This document shows positions 1 through 10,690 of a DNA stretch of 64,000 nt, in pieces. Made by a program: the position numbers and the translations under genes. The notes beneath the pieces are model-generated. The model saw nothing but the letters and a program-made list of their open reading frames with translations, had not been told where the DNA came from and did not search any database. Position 1 is the first letter of the stretch. Every line of letters begins with the position of its first letter. Source of the DNA: Euglena gracilis (lineage: Eukaryota). The stretch covers positions 16,572,140 through 16,636,139 of the forward strand of contig CP154954.1 of assembly GCA_039621445.1 (NCBI GenBank), read 5' to 3'.

Positions 1-118
1 CCGGGGAGCCCCAGCGAGCCGCAGCCCGCAGTGCGGGGGGCAGCAGTCCAGCACCCCGAGGGCCAGGGGTTCGGGGGCGGGCAGGGAGCTGGCAGCCCTG
101 TCCTCCAAAGGCGCGGGC
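1..118 (-). CDS. Putative exon of unknown minus-strand gene, paralog copy 1 (…EDRAASSLPAPEPLALGVLDCCPPH…)
   Basis: Aligns to 53524-53618 (EDRTASSLPSPEPTHPGVLDCCPPQ) with several third-position synonymous differences; preceded on the minus strand by a ctgcag acceptor (plus 119-124). Confidence 0.55.
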
Positions 119-289
119 CTGCAGTGTAACGCAGCTACTGACCCCCCCGGCACAGCAACGTTGGAACGTTCTAAAATAGAATCTCTGTCCAATGTTCAAT
201 TATCCACGTCTGCCAATGTCAGGCAAAACTTACAAAAAATCACACGGGAATCCGGCCTCGCAGGCGGATGTCGAGGCCGCCAATAGTGC

Positions 290-454
290 TCCACGGCAGC
301 GGAGGAGAGGACTGGGAGCCGTAGGGGGACTTGGGGGAACGACGAGGGGGGAGAGGGCCCCCAGGTTTGGACGGGTCGGGACTTGGGAGCAGTGCTGGGC
401 ACCACGCCGGCCATGAGACAGCAACTCCCTGCCGACCATGAGCTGTCTGTGGTC
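290..454 (-). CDS. Putative exon of the same gene, copy 1 (best frame …VVPSTAPKSRPVQTWGPSPPSSFPQVPLRLPVLSS…)
   Basis: Clear nucleotide homology to 55520-55690; frame ambiguous by eye; boundaries approximate. Confidence 0.4.
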
Positions 455-462
455 AAAGCAGG

Positions 463-906
463 CAGTAATTATTTCAGGGCACCTAAAAAAAAACCTTAAA
501 GGGCAAAAAAAAACCTTAAAAAACCAGAAAACTGGCCAAAATGTTGAAAAAACCCTTAAAACTCCAAAAAAAAAAACTCTTAAAAATCATTCTGGCAAAG
601 CTTGTTCCTGACGAGCAAAAACGATGTTGCAAAACTCGACAAAAAAGCAAACCAACTCCGGGAAAAAATGATTTATGGCACTACTCTAACTGGGGAAAAT
701 GGGTTTCAACTTTTTTGTTAATTTTGGACCCCATTTGATGCCCAGGCGGACCCTAAAAAATATCCTGGGAATCTAAAGAATCCTAAAACACCGAAAACCC
801 CAAAGAAAGAAAATCCGAAGAAAAAAATACTAAAGCAAACCTGCAAAATGCCTACTTTAAAACCTTGGAAATGTTTCAAAATATTTGACTTAAAAAATAA
901 TGCCTG
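463..906. mobile_element. hAT-type MITE with CAG…CTG termini and 8-bp TSD aaagcagg
   Basis: TIR cagtaattattt / aaataatgcctg; perfect aaagcagg at 455-462 and 907-914. Confidence 0.75.
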
Positions 907-1929
907 AAAGCAGGGCTTTACCTACAACAGGGTGGGCGTCCGGTAAACCCCTGGATCCGTAAGAGGATGGACAGAGTGTTATGACCATGACCATACAACC
1001 ACTCTTGCCTGTGCAGCGCTGGTCTGAAAAATTAAATTTGGTGGCTGGAAAGCCCGCTGAATTGAAAGCAACCTGCCCTCCATCTCAGGTAGGGTGAATC
1101 TCCTCTGCTGCCACCCCACAGCCAAAAAAAATGGGGGCTGTGGACGGCACGCACCCTCCCATTGCCCAAATACCTCATCGGTTTCGGCCGCTTTCACAAA
1201 AGCATCGACAAACTTTTTTGCATCGTATGGCACACCCGTGTGGCTGCAAAGAGTGGGAATTGACGTCGTCAATGCATGCGAGAACGTGGCAACTACTGCC
1301 AGTTTTATCTTTCGCTGGTGTGACCGATTCAAAAGCATTCCCGCTGGCGCTCGTGGGTCCGCCCACCCTTGCAAATTTGTCAGCCAGCAATGCCTCCTGC
1401 CACAACGAGAGTATGATGAGCCTGCAAGACGGAGAGCGGGGGCAGGCCACAATATCGGTTAGCGAAATGTTGCTACCAACCCCTCTGCCGTAGAGTCTCC
1501 CGGATGGAATTGGCTTGATGTGGGGTTGAGCCAGGCATTAGAAGAATGTCGAAACTGAAGGGAAAAAAAGCCATCTGCAAATCGTGTAAAAGAAAATCGA
1601 TTTTGACCAATTTTTGAGCTAGGCAGGACATATCCGACGTATCCGATTTTTACCAATTTTCCCCCGTTTGCCCCGTTTTAACCCATGCACTTTGTCTTTG
1701 AAGAAAAAATACACTACACTGCAGCCGCCCTTCAGGTGCTGGACAGGAGGGGATCCGAGGCTGGGAAAAGACGCTGGCTGGCTGGCTGGCTGGACACACC
1801 AGGGTCCAGCAAAAGTTCCCGTGCCTCTCCAATCAATATCACAAAACCGGGTTTCTTCCCCCCATGTGCATGGTCAAGATTGGATATGAGGCCAGGGGAT
1901 GAAGGCAACTTCACATGCGCGCGCACACA

Positions 1930-2360
<431 letters not shown>

Positions 2361-2689
2361 CTGTGCACCATTTTTCCAGGTCAGGTGGAGGTGGTGTTAA
2401 CGGGCGGGGCCCCAGGACCACAATCCAAAAACGTGGATTTGTTCCTACCAGTGCTTTGAGCCAAAGGTCACAACATTGATGTACTTTTGCACAAACGCAC
2501 CTTCCTTGTGACCAATTTACATTTTTGTTCACCATTTTTCGGCAAAAATTCAGCTGTTTGCCCTTTTTGCCTTTTTGGACCAAAAATTACATGTCCATTG
2601 CATAAAACTGTCACAAAACGATACATTTTGCGATTTTCCGTGTCGACTGACGCTTGCATGGCACCTCTCGACGCACACTGCAGGTACAC

Positions 2690-2934
2690 TTGGTGGTGGT
2701 TGGGTGGGTGGGTGGTGGAGGTGGTGGTGGTGGGTGGGTGAGTGGGTGGGTGGGTCGTTGTGTGGGTGGGTGGGTGGGTGGGTGGGTGGGTGGGTGGGTC
2801 GTTGGATGGGTGGGTGGGTGGATGGGTGGGTAGGTGGGTGGATGGGTGGGTAGGTGGGTGGATGGGTGGGTAGGTGGTGGTGGTGGTGGTGGCGGTGGCA
2901 GCGGCGGTGGTTGGTCGTGGTGGTGATGGTGGTG
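2690..2934. repeat. (GGGT)n/(GGT)n microsatellite abutting the 5' truncation of the Penelope-like RT
   Basis: Direct reading. Confidence 0.9.
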
Positions 2935-3680
2935 GCCATCTTCGATTTTTCCACCAAAGGTGGCCAAAGGCATAGCCACCTTCGAGTCTTCCACCATGTA
3001 CACCACCTTCAGCCAAAACACAATTGTGAGGCCTGCAAAAAACAAAGCAGAAAGAGGCCTCCCGCTGCCGGTTCCGAGATGTCAAACACGATGGAAGGCG
3101 GCTGGGTGTTCGGCACGGGTTGGAGCTACAAGGAAGTGGAGGCCATGATTCGCTTCAGCCTGGCGACTGCATACACAATCAACGGCGGGCAGGTGGGACG
3201 GCAGATCCAGGGCCATGCCCCATTGCTTGCCAATCATCGTCGAGCGCAACCACGTCCTAACCATCAACAAACAAAGCATCATCTGCTGCTACATCGATTA
3301 CTTCTTCGTCAGAGCCAGCACGGCTCCGCCACCACAAGAGTCGTTTGGCATGACCCTCAACCAGACCTCACAGACCCTGCTGAAGTTTTCTCCCTCGGTG
3401 TCCGCTGCCGCATCATCGACGACCGCCTACGTACCACGCTCTTCGACCGCGAGGAGGAGTCCCCTTCCATACCCCGAGTGAGACACCACCGACCCCGCCC
3501 GCAGCTTGGTGGGGTGCTGATAAGGCGCTCCATCGCAGGCTAGGAAGCATTCTCCCATATGCGGGACTTCAAAGAGAGCGTAGCCAACGTCGCCCACCAT
3601 GCCTTGTGGCAGGGGTACCCTGAGAAACTCGATTGTTCGGTCTGGAGCTGCTTCCTGCAACGCCGGTGGCAGGCCTCCGG
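2935..3680 (+). pseudogene. Decayed Penelope-like element reverse transcriptase (resembles Naiad/Chlamys-type RT)
   Basis: Ordered motifs across frameshifts: IFDFST/ATFESSTMYTTF (motif A), RQIQG-HAPLLAN (motif B), CYIDY (decayed YIDD), VFSLGV, LRTTLFDRE, QLGGVL, SHMRDFKESV…LWQGYP…VWS.FLQRRW (thumb). Confidence 0.75.
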
Positions 3681-6115
3681 TGTACTGCTGTGTAGCTCCA
3701 ATACCTGCGCTCCACTGCCCCCCAAAACCCAGGTACCCAGCCCCACACATCAGGCAAGCCAACAACCCATTGTTCTGGCAGACCTTTGGTCCCACACCGA
3801 CCGCAACCCCTGCCCCCGCAAATCCCCCCAGTTCCACCTCCAGGCAGTCAAGTGCGCGATCGCAGCTTGTGCCTGGACACCCTGGCGGCCACACTGCCTC
3901 TGGGAGCCCCCACCGTCAAGGCCGTGGAAGGGCTGGACGCGTCGCCCCTCGGCACCCTCCGGATTGGCACCGGCTCCGCGAGGAGGGCTGCTCGAGGCCT
4001 CAGAGGAGTCCTCTGCTGTGGTCAGCTGGATGCCTTGGCCGTAGGGTTGGGAAATGGCTGCAAACCCTCCGAACCGAAACCGGACCGCCCCGGCAATGGC
4101 GCGTCATCGGTCCCTGGTGCCGGTGGCGTACCGTGCGGCTCTTAGGGGTGGACCTCCTCCGTCAACCGCGGTGTGATCCAAGAGGGGGCCCCGGGGGCAA
4201 GGTGCCGTCCCAAGTGTTGCCGTTGAGGCCGTCACCCGCCCCCCTCATGCACGGTGGGATACAGAAGGATGCCCTGGAGGCCGTGTCCGGCCCTCGAAGG
4301 TGCCGAGGCCTTGACCAGCCCTCCCCGCGCAGGCACCATCCCGGAGGGTGCCTCAGAGGTAGGGCAATGCTCGCAGCTACCGCCAGCGCCAGAATTCAGT
4401 GGGGCCCACCGATGTGTGTTGGAAAGGCCAGTGTTGGTGGACCCATGCCCGTTCCGGTGCAATTGCCCACGCCCATGCCAGTGCCAGTGCCGGTGCCAGT
4501 GCAAGTCCCCGTGCCGGGGAGGGGGGGGGAGATCGGTGGGTGAGAGAGCCTCGCTCTCTCCGTGTCGTCTGTGGCCTGGCAACCCCCGGTCAAGTGACAT
4601 TGCGGCGTCACCCTCCCGGGACCAATTGGCCTCACACGCGGGCAGCATCCTTTCGGACTCGACTCTACTGCCCTCCCTGTATGGGTAGCAGGGGCGCCCA
4701 AGTGACCACACGCCCGAGGGCGTGTGGGTGTCTGGCAGGCCCTTCCGGGGCCATGTTCCAGGACACTCGTCCACCTTGCTTGGGCGACTTTAGGTGGGTA
4801 GGATCCACCCTGCCGCCGTGGGGTGTCCGGGACTGTGCAGCCCTGGCCGGGGGTCGGTGGTCTCTGCAGGGCACTGGGGGCTCGCTGGGGCCGGGTTGTT
4901 CGTGGCCGCCTGGGCACCCGGGCAACCGAGTGCGGCTTGTCGTGGCCCCTTGGGCAGCCCTCCTCCGCTGCAGCTCCCTGTCAGCGGCCCCCAGTGCCCC
5001 TCGAGACCCCAGACCGCCGGCCGGAGCTGCTCAGCTGCAGGCACCCGCCGGGCCGCGTGCAGAGGGGGGGAGAAATTGCACATCGGGAGGTCGAAAATTG
5101 CAGCGCAAAAAAAATTGCACAAAATTGCACAAAATTGCACATACCAGAAAAGCCATACCAGAAACCAGAAAAGCTGCATATTCTGCCAATTTACCCGGTC
5201 GGTTCGCCCAAAAAGTTGCAACACAATCAGCCGTGGCAATATGCGATGGCAATACTTACGCCATTCATCCTGAATTTGTTCATCATCCAGCGGAAGACAC
5301 AACAATTCATACTTAGAAGTTACCAAGGAACAAAATACGAACCTGTTGTAGAACGCCTGTTGCTCCTTTGCCAATTGGCCGATTGGGTTTGAAACCTGAG
5401 TAAACCAATAATAAACAGCCTTTGAACGGAAATTTTCACTACATACATCAATTTCCCAGCAAAAACTACCCCTGCTACCCATACATTGCAAAAACTGGCT
5501 CCTACACTGGTCAAATGTGGGGGGTGGGGGGTGGGTGGGGGGGTGGGGGGGTAGGGTAAATGTCCAGTGTAGGAGCCAGTTTTTGCAATACCTCCAGCAA
5601 ATAAAGGTTAAATTCTCAATTGCATCAAAAACTGACATTTTCCAAAACAAATGTCCTGGGCCATGTGCAATTAATTGCACAAAATTGCAAAAAAATGCAC
5701 GGTGCAATTCCCCCCCCTGCCGCATGGGCTTCACCTGCCTGACCGGCCGCCCCTCCTGGCCCCCCGGGGGTTGCCCGGACGGCACTGAAGCTACTTAGGA
5801 TCCGAGGCGGTCAGCCCACCCCACCCTCCTCCATCCTCACACACCGCGGGAAGCAGCGTGTGGGTTTAGGAGGGGTGCTGCCTGCGTTGGCGGCATGCCT
5901 CGGCTCCATGGCATGCCCCCAGGGTACCACCGTGCCACTGAGGCTGGAGGTGCAGGTCCGACTTGGTACCTTCAAGTCCCCGTGCCAGTCCACGTGCCTG
6001 CCCCAGTCCCCATGGACCGCATCGTCCATATGGACCCCATCTACATCCCAGTGCACATGCCGGTGGCCTGCCCAACCCACATGCCTATCCGAGGTGCAGC
6101 GGCCACCTCTAGACC
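3681..6115 (+). pseudogene. GC-rich, Pro/Val-rich C-terminal continuation of the Penelope-like ORF, interrupted by a MITE
   Basis: Contiguous with the RT; PMPVPVPVPVQVPVP (~4445-4515) and QVPVPVHVPAPVPM (~5970-6015) tracts in plus frames. Confidence 0.4.
5060..5719. mobile_element. hAT-type MITE (CAGRGGGGGG…CCCCCCTG family)
   Basis: TIR cagagggggggagaaattgcac / gtgcaattcccccccctg; flanks ccgcgtg / ccgcatg (7-bp imperfect duplication); aaattgca subterminal repeats. Confidence 0.75.
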
Positions 6116-6290
6116 AGCCAAAATATGGACTGGAGGAAAATGAACAAAAAATATACACAACAGAAACGGCACATGAAGATTTCACCCCCCGGGCCTCAAA
6201 CTGGTGAGGTTCAGTGAATGTTCATTGGTGACTTCACTTGGGAGGTCCGGGACCCCTCCTTCCATCTGCCTGACCTCCTCCGGGCCCATA

Positions 6291-6697
6291 AACCCCCCAA
6301 AAATAAGACCGGGGGTCCATTTCATGGGTCGGTTGCTGGAAAGCCCGAGGGGGGATCTTATTCATGGGGGGGGGGGTCCATTTTATGGATTTTTGCTGGA
6401 AAATTTCTCGACCCCCCAAAATGTCCAAAAATGCCCTCAAAATACCAATTTTCGAAAAATTTGGCGCTTCGCGCCAGACAAATAGGAGAAAATATGCCGA
6501 ATTTTTTTGAAAACTGCCCCAAAATGGCAGATTTACCACCCAAAAATGTCCCGTTTTTCAAAAATCCGGCGCTTCGCGCCGGCAGGGGGTGTCTTATTTA
6601 TGGAAGGGGGGTCCATTTCATGGATTTTTGCTCGGACCGGCCATATTTTTTTGGGGTGTCCATTTTATGGGGGGGGTCTTATTTTGGGGGGGGGGGT
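6291..6697. mobile_element. MITE with C-rich TIRs, probable TA TSD (Tc1/mariner-type)
   Basis: aaccccccaaaaataagacc … ggtcttattttgggggggggggt with TA on both sides; internal ggggtccattt repeats. Confidence 0.6.
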
Positions 6698-7488
6698 TAC
6701 GTTGGTTCATTTCTGCGGCCCAATCGGCCTCACCCCCCCAGCCGAGGGATTGGGCCCAAGTCATGATTGAAAGGGGGCACATTTGCATGCTGGGCGCTTG
6801 GCCCCCGACTTGGCTGCGCTTGTCCCTGAGGTTGAAACCCTGGCCTTGCCGTCAATTGTGATGGCAAGGCCGGGGGGGGGGTCAAACTTAGTCGTGCCAA
6901 GTTTGCAGGTTAAGAATTTCGACAGGCCATGCACAAAATGGGCCAAAAACCTTAAACCTTAAAAATGTGGGGCCAAAGTCGCAAGGGAAGGCTGAAGCCT
7001 AACTTTAGGGGGACAGGTTCGCCTGTAAGGAGGAGCGGAGCCAAGCGCCTGGGACTGGGGGTATGTGATTGAACCCATTGGTTGGGTGCGACAAAAAACA
7101 GCTGCCGTGATATATTCACCATCAATTCGTTTTGACTGCCATTTGCATTCCCCCTCTCGAAACTGGTCTATCTCTCAAAATTGCTGTTGGTTGAAAAGAA
7201 TCCAGCTGTTTTCAGGAAGCTGGGGGCGCTGGTTCTCCTCCCAAAACGTTCCGCAATAAACACACAATCCGACAACAAAGCCCACGCACACACAGTTCTG
7301 TCGCAGACCACATTGCAGGGGCTGCAGCGCATCGGGACGCCTGCGCATGACGGACATCCGCTCGCCATCCACTTGGGAGGCAAGGAGTGGGTCAGGGAGT
7401 GGCCCCGTGGCCCTGTATTGCGGGTGGAAGCCGTTGGGGTTTTGGGCCAGCTGTCCCCTCTTTTGGGCTTGTGGCCAAGCCGCCATAT

Positions 7489-7623
7489 CACGGGGGGGGG
7501 GGGTATGCAACTTGGCCTTTCGAATTATGCAAGTAAAAAAAATGCAAAAAAATGCAACTTTCAGAAAAACCTGATTATGCAAAAAAATGCAAATTATGCA
7601 AGTTGCATATCTCCCCCCCCCTG
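7489..7623. mobile_element. Short MITE of the CAG-G-run family inside exon-like sequence
   Basis: TIR cac-G-run-tatgcaactt / aagttgcatatct-C-run-tg; catat on both flanks. Confidence 0.65.
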
Positions 7624-8082
7624 CATATCAACATCAACGGGGCCACACCGAAACGCCTGATGGGTGGGGGGGGGTAAGGTACCTCCAGGCCAGAATGGGG
7701 GGGTGAGGGCCCCTCAACTATTCCTGCAGTTTGCATGAAAACTTTGGCCTAAAAATGGGCGTCTTGGAAAAAATGGAAAGGTGGGGGGGGACATGCAGGG
7801 GGGGAGGGGTGATATATCCACACGGGCAGGCGAAAAAAATAACTGTATAAAACCGCACACAAGTACACACAATTGTAGAAATGCATGCACTGACATACAC
7901 TGACTTCTGAAGAAAAAAAAACAGATTGTCAACATTCTGCTGTGACGGACTTTGGAAACATTTGTTTGTTTTTCAAAAAAAATTCACACTCAAGGGTTCT
8001 TGGCTCAGATGTGAAGGGTTCAGGGAGGCTTGACCCAAAAATAGAGTCACCCAAAAGTGGGGAAGAAAAGACTCTGAGCCAC

Positions 8083-10690
8083 TTAGGCGGCCCAACTCGC
8101 ACTTAGCTTTGAAAGTGACTGTAAATTTGCGCCGACGCGCAAATCCAAAAAAAAGTTTGGTTTCGAACACCATGGCCTGAGACTCGAGACAATCCGAAAA
8201 TAGTGTCTCCCTGCACCCCAGGGCCTGGGGACGAAAGCAACGACCTGGAACTCCACGGTCCACGGGCACAGCGCTCCCGGGGCCCCGTGTGCCTGAATAC
8301 GAAGCGGCGGGTAATAAAACGAGGGGACTCCATTGCGCATTTGCGCTTTGGCGCAATTTTTTTTTCATCACGAAAAAAACATTTGCGCTTTGACGCAAAT
8401 TTTGACTTTTTTGTAATTCAACATGTGGGTGACCATTGCCGCACTTGGACAATGATAACAACTTTTGTGTCAACATGTGTTTCCCTTGCGCCAAAGCGCA
8501 ATGGGCAGGCTTATGAAGAATGGAAATTTAAGAGTTACCTTGCCCCAAAGCGCAAATAGAAATACAATTTTTAAAATTGTGAAAGCAACATGGCTTGCGC
8601 CGAAGCGCAAATATAACTACTGGAAACTTATCTCACAACGGAGGGAGAGAACGGCCCGGGTAGAGTATGAACACCAGAGGTGATAGAGCACAAGATATAG
8701 TGCAGGGGGACGGAAGCCTACTCTCAGTCACGTTGCCTTAAAATGGGTCAACATTGCGCGTCGGCGCAAGAGCCACGCTGCTTTGCGATTTTAAAAAGTG
8801 CATTCCCATTGCGCTTTGGCGCAATGTAACTCTGAAATTTCTATTCTTCATAAGCCTATCCATTGCCTGTGGAGCAACAGTTATCAATTTTTAATTTCTC
8901 ATGTTTATCACTGCGGGTGGAGAGAGCAGTCTTGGATCAATCTCATCACCAGAGCGAACATAAGGTGGAGGGAAGCCTTGCCTGGGAAAGGAAGCCAACC
9001 CCCTGGTGTGTGAAAGCAACCACCAACTTCATGACATCCAGACGTGTCTTGTTCTATGCGTTGTAAAACCAACTTCCACTGCCGGAGGTTCCTCCCACTT
9101 GCCTCGCAATTAAGCGTGCCTGAGGGGCCCTTCTCTTTGGCCGACTTTTGAAAGTCGGAAAAAATTCTGTTTGGAAAAGAACAGGTGCCAGATGAACCCT
9201 GGGAATCACAGCCGAGGAAACAATTTTAGGCGTCGAAAGGGTGTTTTAAAGAAGCTCGTCACCCCCCTTTCCTCGCCCACGATTTAAAGCACACCACTTT
9301 AAGGATGAGCGAATGGAATTGAGAAACTGAAAGGGCCCATCAACAACGGCGGAGAAGGGAAGACATGATGACACACCTTTTTTCGGTAATTTGCAACCCA
9401 CCAGACAGCCATATACCACCGGGCAGATGGAGGGCATTGTTCAGCCGAAAAAGGTCTTTCTGTCAACATCCCAAAAAACCCCACTTTGTGCACTAAGTGA
9501 AGGTCACTGAGGCACCACAGCCTACCGCCCACAATTGGTCTTATTGGAACAACCACTTCCTCTCCAGCGCCTGAATAGTTCAAAAGCACCAACCCAGCTT
9601 CTGGCACAGCAGTGCTCAAACCCTCCTCATCATTCTCCTCTATCCCCCACCTTCTCACACAGCAACACATTCAAACACATCTGCCATTTGAAAAAGCATT
9701 TGTGTCGGGGGCCCCTCTCTGAACGGCCAGTGTGCGGGCTTGGTGAGGAAATACATCGCTCCGAAGCGCAAGGGACATGCCTACATAATGCACTGCTTGT
9801 TCATTCAGATTACACGTTAGCCGCGTGTTTGCACTTTGTATGCAATGCGTGTTTGCACAATTTTGTATGATGGTTTGCGCTTCGGCGCAATGCATTTCCG
9901 CACACTGGCCGTTCAGAGAGGCGCCCCCGACACACCGTAACACATCAAAGGGACTCCCAAAAGGGCTCCGCTCAGGGCCTTCTGTTTTAACTTGCGCTCA
10001 AGCGCAAATTTTTAACTTGCGCTTAAGTGCAAGTTAAAAATTTGCGCTTAAGCGCAAATGTCCATAAACATTGCCTTCTGTGCCCGGCAGTGTGGGGCCT
10101 GGCGTTGCTCACCAGACGTTGGGACAGGTCCCTGGGCTTGCCCTCAGTCCCCCTAACCCCCCCCCACCTGGGTGGTTCCCGCTGTACCGCTCCTCGCACT
10201 TCAAGCACCCAGGGATCACAACTCTGTGACACGCCGTTTTTTCCAACTTTTCACAACGTGTGTGTAGAGTCCACCCTCTGGATGCCTCAACAGGCAACCT
10301 TTCAGACACACATCGCAGAGCCCAAAAAAAGCAACAAAAAGGGCCACGTCACTCCCGGACTGTGTAGCACCATCCGGGGGAACACTGTCAAGGCTTCAAA
10401 AACGGGGACTCGCAATGGGGGTTTTGGCCCCTTTTGGGAAAATTCACGTGTCCCGGCGGTCAAACCCAGGGGTTTGGACCTTTTTCAAAATGGTGAACTG
10501 GCTGAAAAACACCAAAATTGGGCCTGTTCCCCAGGTTCCAACATCGGAAAATGATGCACACGCCACCGTGGTCTCCGCGGAACCAGAGGGTCAAAAGGGT
10601 GGGTTCTACCGCCAGGTCTCAAAGAAATCGAAAATTTGCGCGAAAATGCAAGCTAAAATCAAAACCTTAAGTGCGAGTTAGGCCGACTAA
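8083..10690. mobile_element. 2.6-kb TIR DNA element with ttgcgc…gcgcaa subterminal motifs
   Basis: TIR ttaggcggcccaactcgcactta / taagtgcgagttaggccgactaa; flanks gagccac / gagccag. Confidence 0.65.

Noticed and set aside
979-1452. 157-aa minus ORF with protein-like middle (…GVPYDAKKFVDAFVKAAE…)
   Set aside because: No recognisable family and no counterpart in paralog copy 2; cannot be assigned without a search.
4790-5785. 331-aa minus-strand ORF
   Set aside because: Runs through a MITE and is antisense to the Penelope-like frame; no motif, so treated as a chance open frame.
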